Sequence record: SRR2962707_5325
Reading direction: 5' to 3' (one strand)
DNA: 42,082 bases
In this document: piece by piece, positions 26,367 to 33,461 of the stretch
How the letters are laid out: the number at the start of each line of letters is the position of its first letter
Numbering within the stretch: position 1 is the first letter of the stretch
Position numbers and translations under genes: made by a program
Notes under the pieces: generated by a model
The model's input: the letters and a program-made list of their open reading frames with translations, nothing else
Database searches by the model: none
Told to the model about the DNA's origin: nothing

Positions 26367-26870
26367 ATGGCAATAAGAAACCTCGCTTCGATAGTCCTCC
26401 TCCTGGCTGTTCTTGGTTCATGGAGTCAGGATTTACAGACCCACACAGGAGATAAATATTCCATCCAATACCCTGCAACCTGGCAGCTGGACAAGGCGGG
26501 ACAACCGGGAGTATCATTCGTGATTATGGCACCCATGAATACTCAGGGTGATCAATTTAGGGAAAATGTAAACTTGCTGAAGCAGGACATTTCCAGCTAT
26601 GGAATGGACCTAAAAGGTTTTGTGACCCTTTCAGAAAATCAGATTCGTTCGATGATCACCGATGGTGAAATCATCGAAAGCAAACCTCAAGACGGCTACC
26701 ACAAGATGGTCTACAAGGGAACCATGGGTCAATTCAAGCTGAAGTTTATCCAATACTACTGGGTCGAGAAAGGAATCGCTTACGTACTTACTTTCACAGC
26801 AGAGCAGGCCGAGTTTGACAAATACCAATCCATCGGCCTCCAAATCATGGACAGCTTCGAACTAAAGTAA
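26367..26870 (+). CDS. Secreted PsbP/DcrB-like protein B (tandem paralogue)
   Basis: YSIQYPATW, FRENVNL, AYVLTFTA and IMDSFELK, colinear with the upstream gene. Confidence 0.7.
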   Translation: MAIRNLASIVLLLAVLGSWSQDLQTHTGDKYSIQYPATWQLDKAGQPGVSFVIMAPMNTQGDQFRENVNLLKQDISSYGMDLKGFVTLSENQIRSMITDGEIIESKPQDGYHKMVYKGTMGQFKLKFIQYYWVEKGIAYVLTFTAEQAEFDKYQSIGLQIMDSFELK

Positions 26871-26888
26871 ACTACTTATTACGCTCCC

Positions 26889-27050
26889 TTAATTGGAATG
26901 GATGGTTCCAAAAAGGATCCCTGCCTGAAAATGCATGATGTTGTTTTCGGAATAAACCTGATCTTCTTCTAATTCGGCGTTTGGAATATAAATCTCAGTA
27001 AGTTGGCCGTACGTTTCCAGCCTTGGCTTGATGGTGTTTTGATAAGTCAT
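26889..27050 (-). CDS. Small hypothetical protein, 53 aa (not in the ORF track)
   Basis: MTYQNTIKPRLETYGQLTEIYIPNAELEEDQVYSENNIMHFQAGILFGTIHSN; A-rich start context; perfect minus-strand TATTTTTG at 27086-27079; fills an otherwise empty gap. Confidence 0.55.
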   Translation of the reverse strand: MTYQNTIKPRLETYGQLTEIYIPNAELEEDQVYSENNIMHFQAGILFGTIHSN

Positions 27051-27183
27051 TTTTGCTATTTATTGATCTCACTCAACTCAAAAATAAACTACGAAAGCGC
27101 AATAAGGTTTGGATTTCGTTTACCGTGAGATTTAGCGGATAAATGGTAAGATTTTTCCTACCAATGAAAATTGGTCATTGAGA

Positions 27184-27891
27184 TTACTTCATCCGTTTGC
27201 TCCACACCTCATACATGGGTTCCCCACGACTGTTACTACCGGAGTGGTGCCACTTACCTTCCTTTATCTCATAGTTGAACCCCAGACTTGCCCCCACTCG
27301 GCTGTCATCTCTTGAGAAGAACTCAATGTTCTCCGTGTATTTACCGTCTTCGGTTGTATAGGTGCCACCACCTGTTCCCATGAACTGCTTCGTCTCAGTG
27401 TTGTAAGCGATCCACTGAAATCGGGTACCCGAGAGTATTTTCATTGTTTTGCGAGGACGATCGGTCTCACGCTCCTGAATCTCCCCATCCCTCATGCGAC
27501 CGGAGATCAACCATGCACCGGCAAGCTTGCCGGGCGAGCCATCATCAATTCTGGTGAAGTTGATACCAAAGTCTGTTTTAAGTTCATTGCCAACAATCTC
27601 ATAGGTGAATGAAACAGATGTGCCTACCCTTTCCGAATTATCGGTATCAAACTCTACTGTTTCGGTTACGGTGTTGCCTTCTTTCGACCACAAACCTCCA
27701 TTGCAGGCAATGAATGCGCCATTATCTGCATCGTACAAGGCTGCGACTTGATGTTTCTCGGTAAGTATGACCACACACTTCACCTTCCGGCCTGTTGAGT
27801 CTTCACTAATGTTTTCCCAGGCTCCTGTTAATGATTGTGCGAATAATCCGCTGGTCAGGCAAACCAATATGAGTGCATAAATCTTTCTCAT
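27184..27891 (-). CDS. Secreted protein with two tandem lipocalin-like beta-barrel repeats
   Basis: Signal peptide; internal duplication LTGAW...NGG...TETVEF...RVGTS / LAGAW...GGG...TENIEF...RVGAS; ATGA overlap with the acylase. Confidence 0.7.
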   Translation of the reverse strand: MRKIYALILVCLTSGLFAQSLTGAWENISEDSTGRKVKCVVILTEKHQVAALYDADNGAFIACNGGLWSKEGNTVTETVEFDTDNSERVGTSVSFTYEIVGNELKTDFGINFTRIDDGSPGKLAGAWLISGRMRDGEIQERETDRPRKTMKILSGTRFQWIAYNTETKQFMGTGGGTYTTEDGKYTENIEFFSRDDSRVGASLGFNYEIKEGKWHHSGSNSRGEPMYEVWSKRMK

Positions 27892-30050
27892 CTTTTCCCT
27901 GGTTTATATCTCTCTTCAGCCCTGGCTTCCACTTCTTCTCGGTAATAGGCCACTTCTTTAAACTGCTGATCGGCATACGGCTGTGCCTGATCGTAGAAAT
28001 GCGGTGATGCAGGATCGCCACTTTGGCCCCCGGCAAGGATGGTTTTAGCCTTTACCTTGTCACCAAATTCTACAGCTGCCACAAAACTGTTGCCCCTCGT
28101 TCCATAAATCTTCTTCGTCTCCTGTCTTGAACGCATGCCGTATGCTGCCAATGCTCCCCATGTTCCGGTAGTCATCCCTACTGCAATACTTGGCGCATCA
28201 TCGTCAAATTGAAGATCGATGGCTCCATCTACTCGTTGAAAACGATTGATCTCTCCCCAGGGAATGATCCATGTCCCGTAGCGTTGCTCCATGTCTTCCA
28301 ACGCTAGCTTGAAAATCCTTAACCGTTCAGCTTCCGGTAAGTCTGTACCGTAATAATTGAATCGCTCCATCGCTGAAAGTCCATTTGGTGTCTCAGCATT
28401 TCGGTAGAGGTTCATGCCATAAAAGTGCGCCAGTGACATGGCCTCAGATTCTTTACTTGTGGATAAATCCCACTGTTTTAGCAACTCCATTGCATCCCAC
28501 ATGGTTTTGTCCTGATCAGAGTGATTGTAAGCCTCAATCAGCCCGGGAATGACTTTCTCGAATGCCGGTAAATAGGGATCATAGGCAAGCTCAATCAGGC
28601 CATCCAATGTGAGATCGTTAGCCTTCGATAAAAGGCCGATGGCATGAACTCCTCTGAAATTCTCGGAAGCTGTAGCCATGTAATAGGGATAATCTTCCGG
28701 CTTGGGGCTGTTCTCTGCTGCTGCCGTAAATGGTGTTGAGTTGCAATTCTGAATCCATCCATTCGATGGATTGAGTAAGGTGATGGCTTCATCCACCTCG
28801 TGCAACCCCTGCCAGTCGGTGGCAGGATTACTTCCATCTACAGGTTGGGAATAGTCAAATTTGACATCCCGAATCGGAATGAAGTTGCCATGGAAATAGG
28901 CTATGTTACCTTCAGAATCAGCAAAAACGGTGTTGTTAGAAGAATTCGTTTTGATGTCCATCATCTCCCTGAATTCTGCATGATTCTTCTTCTTGGTCCG
29001 GGTGTATGATTGCTCAAGCGCACTGGCTGGTTCCCACATCAGGGCTGTTGCTACCCACTGATCATCAATGGAATGAGTAATGGGACCATGATGCGTCCGA
29101 TAGATGGGGAAGGTCTTTTCTTTCATCTCCTCTCCTTCATTGTAGCTCAGCGTCACTTCCTGTACCTCCACAGGTCGTTCCTCATCACCATATTGGTAAT
29201 ACAAACCATCTTCTTTCTCAAGAATTGTTTCTTTGAACTCGTCAATCACATCCGTGTAAGTAGATGTGTGCATCCAGCCGGTATTTTCATTAAAGCCCTG
29301 ATACACAAAAAACTGACCCCATGTGACTGCTCCATACGCATTCAGTCCCTCCTCGCTGACCACATGTACTTCTCCGCGGAAATAAAATGAAGTATGTGGG
29401 TTGATAAGCAGCATCGCATTCCCGGATTGAGTCAGGTCTCCGGAGATGGCAAAGCCATTCGAACCCTTTGGTTCATCAGGGAAGGTATTTCTTACATCGA
29501 CTAGCTCTGCTATTTCTTCCTGATTTTCATAAAAGGCTTTGATCCTCCGGGTAGATACTCGCTCAATGTCTCCTCCGATTGAACCCTCCGTAAAATACAT
29601 GGTCATCCAGGGCTCATATTTCTGTATAGCAAGCGGCTTCACCTCAGGATGTGTGTATAGGTAATAATTGATGCCATCCGCCCAGGCCTGGCAAAGGGAT
29701 TTCAGCCAATCTGGTACTTCCTCATAGATCTCTTTGGCTTCTTCTTCGGTCATGAAGAGACGAGCCCGAAGATCGCTGTACAAAGCATCTTCACCTTCTA
29801 CTTCCGCCAGACGACCGATGGCCCAGGTGAAGTTGCGTTCCACCCTGCGGAAGTCATCTTCACACTGTGTATAGAGCAAACCAAACACTGCATCTGCATC
29901 TGTTTGACCATATATGTGGGGCACACCATAGTCATCGCGGATGATCTCAATGTTTGCCGCCTGCGACTCCCATGCAGCAATTTCCGGATCCGCCGATTGT
30001 GGTGCACAAGCAATGAATAGAAGTATGGGAAGAAAGAATAATCTCTTCAT
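27888..30050 (-). CDS. Penicillin acylase family Ntn-hydrolase lipoprotein (glutaryl-7-ACA/AHL acylase-like)
   Basis: Lipobox FIAC; IRDDYGVPHIYG; GSNGFAI (beta-subunit Ser nucleophile), LLINPH, QNCNSTP, GGQSGDPASPHFYDQ. Confidence 0.93.
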   Translation of the reverse strand: MKRLFFLPILLFIACAPQSADPEIAAWESQAANIEIIRDDYGVPHIYGQTDADAVFGLLYTQCEDDFRRVERNFTWAIGRLAEVEGEDALYSDLRARLFMTEEEAKEIYEEVPDWLKSLCQAWADGINYYLYTHPEVKPLAIQKYEPWMTMYFTEGSIGGDIERVSTRRIKAFYENQEEIAELVDVRNTFPDEPKGSNGFAISGDLTQSGNAMLLINPHTSFYFRGEVHVVSEEGLNAYGAVTWGQFFVYQGFNENTGWMHTSTYTDVIDEFKETILEKEDGLYYQYGDEERPVEVQEVTLSYNEGEEMKEKTFPIYRTHHGPITHSIDDQWVATALMWEPASALEQSYTRTKKKNHAEFREMMDIKTNSSNNTVFADSEGNIAYFHGNFIPIRDVKFDYSQPVDGSNPATDWQGLHEVDEAITLLNPSNGWIQNCNSTPFTAAAENSPKPEDYPYYMATASENFRGVHAIGLLSKANDLTLDGLIELAYDPYLPAFEKVIPGLIEAYNHSDQDKTMWDAMELLKQWDLSTSKESEAMSLAHFYGMNLYRNAETPNGLSAMERFNYYGTDLPEAERLRIFKLALEDMEQRYGTWIIPWGEINRFQRVDGAIDLQFDDDAPSIAVGMTTGTWGALAAYGMRSRQETKKIYGTRGNSFVAAVEFGDKVKAKTILAGGQSGDPASPHFYDQAQPYADQQFKEVAYYREEVEARAEERYKPGKR

Positions 30051-30091
30051 AGTGAGGGGTGGGTTTGAGGTTGAATTAGTTCTTAATCAAA

Positions 30092-30110
30092 TATCGTCAA
30101 TTTGACGATA
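30092..30110. promoter_or_regulatory. Perfect 9-1-9 palindrome in a divergent intergenic region
   Basis: TATCGTCAA-T-TTGACGATA between the acylase and the 925-aa gene. Confidence 0.55.
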
Positions 30111-30147
30111 GATTATTAATCAATTACTTTACAGTAAATGGTTAGAC

Positions 30148-32925
30148 ATGATAGAAAGGGTAGTTCATAAACTTAGCCAATGGCAAATTCATCAATTGGC
30201 TAACTTAAGTTTAAATGGTTCTAGATTTAAGAATATTAGTGTTGAGAATGATGTAGTTCTCTTTGAATCAATCGATTTTAAATCTTATCGACATATACAA
30301 ATATTAGAATCTCAGAAAACTATGGTTTTCAAAGATTGCACATTCAATAATAACAATACACTATGCGAGGTTTTTCTGTCTGGTAACAATTTTGAATTCA
30401 AAGGATGTTCTGCATTAAAACTAAGGTCATCAGCAGGAATTATAAAACTCCTTGATTGTCAATTTTCTGCAATTGAGATTAAGTTTAGTACAATTTCTCA
30501 ACTTATTAATTGCATAATTCCAACTATTGAAATATCTCATAGTTCAGTAATAACTAACACCGCAATTGAAGGTCAAACAACGAAATTGGATATCAAAATT
30601 GTTAATTCATCAATTGATGGTGATTTTGTAATTAAAGATTGTGAAGAACTTAAGCTTCAACTAAGTAATATCAATTACAATACTGAAAATGATGTAACTG
30701 GTTTCTTCAAGATAAAGAGCAATACAATTTCAGATGAAGTATTACTCAAGAATGTAAAGGCTAATAAGTTAAATTTTCATAACAACAATGGTAAATTGTC
30801 AATTAACGAATCTTCGATAAATGATTTAAGCCTTTATAGAAATTTTGGTGAGTTAACGGTAGCATCAAGTAAGATTAAAAAATCCAAAGTCAATCTGAAC
30901 AAAAAAGACAGCAAATTCTTCATTAATCATACAGAGATTGCTGAAAAAATTGAGTTCGTTAAAAATCAGTTCCAAGTGATCGCATCTGAATCTCAGGATG
31001 TCTCAAACTTTCACTTTACAAACAATTCTGGTGAATTGATAATTGGCGATTTGCGAGGCAGCATGTTTCCTGATCTGACTAATAATCAATTCTCAAAAAT
31101 CAAGATTCATCAAGCATATAAAAGCGATAGTATTTATGATCTAAAAATTGGTCAAACAGATCATTTAATGATTGATAATTTTCCTATAAGAAAATTTGGG
31201 CTTACTGCGCACGAAATCGTTAACTTGAGCATTTCCAACTCTAGTCTAGAAGATTCTGAGTTTCATATATCTGTTGATAAATTATCTAATCTTGAAATCG
31301 ATAATCTTGATATTCACAATCTAGTCATTTCAAAATCTCATGTCAAAAAATTTCAACTTCTAAATTCAAAGGTTAAGGAGTTAGATATCCTTGGAAATAC
31401 ATTTGAAAAACTTGTCCTTACGGACAATAAAGAGCTTTCAGCAGTTCGATTGATCAAGGTGGAAAAAATTGATTTCTTGAAAGTACATAACTCCAACTGT
31501 AAAATCTTAGAACTCAAAGAAAGCAAACCAGATTCGCTTGAATTTCATCAGAAAGAGAAAGCAGAAGTTGAGTTAAGATCAATTAAAGAAGTAAGGTCAA
31601 TTGAAATATCAAATGCCAATAATAATGACTCGAATTGGTTTTTCCATAGTCAATCCATTGGTAAGTTTATTTTGAATTATTGCGAAAGAATTGAACAAAT
31701 CATAGCAAATGAAGAGTCCAAGAATGACGAAGGGCTTACTGAACTCCACTTTAATAGCAGTCAGATTAGCAAAGTCCACTGTACACATTTGAAATCAAGT
31801 ATTTACTCCAATAAGTCTTCCTATGGAGATTTTATTATTAAAAATCATGCTTCCACAAAAAAAGTCAATGGGAGCATTTTTAAGTCATTCAGCGATAGTC
31901 TAGGGGAGCTTTCATTCAAAAACTATTCAAATGCCATGGGTATACATCTTGAGGATTTATCTATTTCAAAGATCCTAAAGATTCAGGGTAAATCTTCTAT
32001 GAGATCAATTAGAATTTTCAACTCAGATATTGCGCCCTTGGATTTGTTCCTCAAAAAAGTTTCTATCGAGTATTCTGAGATTAAAGAATTGAAAATTGAG
32101 AACATAAAAACAGATAGACTAGAACTTAAATCATGCAGACCATCCGAATTCTTACTTCAAAAATCAACTATTAAAAATCTAATCTTAGATGATTTTAAAA
32201 AGACTAAGGTTGATAAGAACTTTGTCGGTCTGGAAATGAACTTTATCAATAATGATCAATCGTTCAAGGGGGAAATCCTTGCTTTCAAGAACTCTAGTTT
32301 AGATGGTTTAAGCTTAAATTCATGTTACTTCCGTTCATTTCGGGAACTTGAGGTTTACTCCAGCAAGCTTGACCATATCTATTGCACAGCCACAACATGG
32401 CCTGAGAAAGTGGTATCTTATAAAAATCAATCCAGAAAGAAACAGGATCAATTCGAAATTAGGGAGGCATGTCGTCAGTTGAAACTTGCCATGGGAAACC
32501 ATCAAGATCGAGTTAGCGAGCTACAATTTCATGCTTTGGAAATGAATGCCTACAAAAAAATCACATTATCTCGGAATGGTATTATACGGCTATTTGGAGA
32601 TGTGATAAGTCTTGCAGGAGGCTGGACAAACAAATTTGGGCTGAGTTGGACAAGACCACTTGCTTTAGTTTTCTTTATTATAACTGGTATTTATTTGTGG
32701 ATGATTTGCCTTCACTACAATGTCTCAATTATTTCCCTTGAATTATTCAATTGCACTAATTCGACAGACTATTTCCAAATGTACAATCCAACACATAGAT
32801 TAAGTCAGTTGAGTCTAGTAGGAGACATTTCTCTAGGAGTTGCTTTTTTAGATTTTTTAAGCAAAATCCTTTCAGCCTTCTTCATCTATCAAATAGCTGC
32901 CGCATTTAGAAAATTCAGAAAATGA
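30148..32925 (+). CDS. Hypothetical AT-rich protein: long degenerate beta-solenoid (pentapeptide/LRR-like) plus C-terminal membrane module
   Basis: Recurring ~10-aa L.I.NS.I units over about 740 aa; then REACRQLK, NKFGLSWTRPL, a TM segment, YNPTH and a second TM ending IYQIAAAFRKFRK. Confidence 0.7.
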   Translation: MIERVVHKLSQWQIHQLANLSLNGSRFKNISVENDVVLFESIDFKSYRHIQILESQKTMVFKDCTFNNNNTLCEVFLSGNNFEFKGCSALKLRSSAGIIKLLDCQFSAIEIKFSTISQLINCIIPTIEISHSSVITNTAIEGQTTKLDIKIVNSSIDGDFVIKDCEELKLQLSNINYNTENDVTGFFKIKSNTISDEVLLKNVKANKLNFHNNNGKLSINESSINDLSLYRNFGELTVASSKIKKSKVNLNKKDSKFFINHTEIAEKIEFVKNQFQVIASESQDVSNFHFTNNSGELIIGDLRGSMFPDLTNNQFSKIKIHQAYKSDSIYDLKIGQTDHLMIDNFPIRKFGLTAHEIVNLSISNSSLEDSEFHISVDKLSNLEIDNLDIHNLVISKSHVKKFQLLNSKVKELDILGNTFEKLVLTDNKELSAVRLIKVEKIDFLKVHNSNCKILELKESKPDSLEFHQKEKAEVELRSIKEVRSIEISNANNNDSNWFFHSQSIGKFILNYCERIEQIIANEESKNDEGLTELHFNSSQISKVHCTHLKSSIYSNKSSYGDFIIKNHASTKKVNGSIFKSFSDSLGELSFKNYSNAMGIHLEDLSISKILKIQGKSSMRSIRIFNSDIAPLDLFLKKVSIEYSEIKELKIENIKTDRLELKSCRPSEFLLQKSTIKNLILDDFKKTKVDKNFVGLEMNFINNDQSFKGEILAFKNSSLDGLSLNSCYFRSFRELEVYSSKLDHIYCTATTWPEKVVSYKNQSRKKQDQFEIREACRQLKLAMGNHQDRVSELQFHALEMNAYKKITLSRNGIIRLFGDVISLAGGWTNKFGLSWTRPLALVFFIITGIYLWMICLHYNVSIISLELFNCTNSTDYFQMYNPTHRLSQLSLVGDISLGVAFLDFLSKILSAFFIYQIAAAFRKFRK

Positions 32926-33275
32926 CAAATCTCCCCCTCACCCTTTGGATCATGGCCCTGCTGTATATCGCTGCAGGCGTGAATCACTTCATCATGCCAC
33001 GTTTTTATATGAGCATCATTCCGCCTTTTCTACCTTTCCCTAAACTGATAAATCAGCTAAGTGGAGTGGCGGAGATTGTATTAGGGGTAGGCCTGCTGAT
33101 CCCTGATTATACCTCATTGGCTGCCTGGGGAGTGATCGCTTTGCTCATAGCCGTGTTCCCTGCCAACATCTATCATTTCATGAAAGGATGGCGAAAAAAG
33201 AAAATGGTTTGGGTGCTTGCTTTGCGTCTTCCATTACAATTTCTTTTGATCTGGTGGGCATATTTATACACCTGA
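32922..33275 (+). CDS. DoxX/MauE-like membrane protein
   Basis: AGVNHF.MP.FY..IIP, SGVAEI, AVFPANIY and RLPLQ motifs; four hydrophobic segments. Confidence 0.8.
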   Translation: MTNLPLTLWIMALLYIAAGVNHFIMPRFYMSIIPPFLPFPKLINQLSGVAEIVLGVGLLIPDYTSLAAWGVIALLIAVFPANIYHFMKGWRKKKMVWVLALRLPLQFLLIWWAYLYT

Positions 33276-33433
33276 AGTGCAACCTTTCTTCGATTTTGGA
33301 ATCAATTCTTTATATCACTTTGTTATAAAGTGATCAGCAAAGAGTTTATTATAACCACTTTTGGACAATCAGAATAGCTCTCAAAGTGCTGTTGTTCAGT
33401 TGATTAGGTGATGGCAAGCTCTTTACTGCCAAT

Positions 33434-33441
33434 TATTTTTG
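33434..33441 (+). promoter_or_regulatory. Bacteroidota -7 promoter element for permease 7
   Basis: TATTTTTG 20 nt upstream of ATG 33462. Confidence 0.6.
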
Positions 33442-33461
33442 AACCCCTAACTCAAAGGACT

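Noticed and set aside
26889-30050. Lasso peptide gene cluster (small ORF plus acylase as isopeptidase)
   Set aside because: No cyclase, B protease or RRE gene; the acylase is an Ntn hydrolase, not a prolyl-oligopeptidase-type isopeptidase
33408-33461. GTG/ATG upstream start for permease 7
   Set aside because: Contains the TAnnTTTG promoter element and has no similarity to the prefix domain
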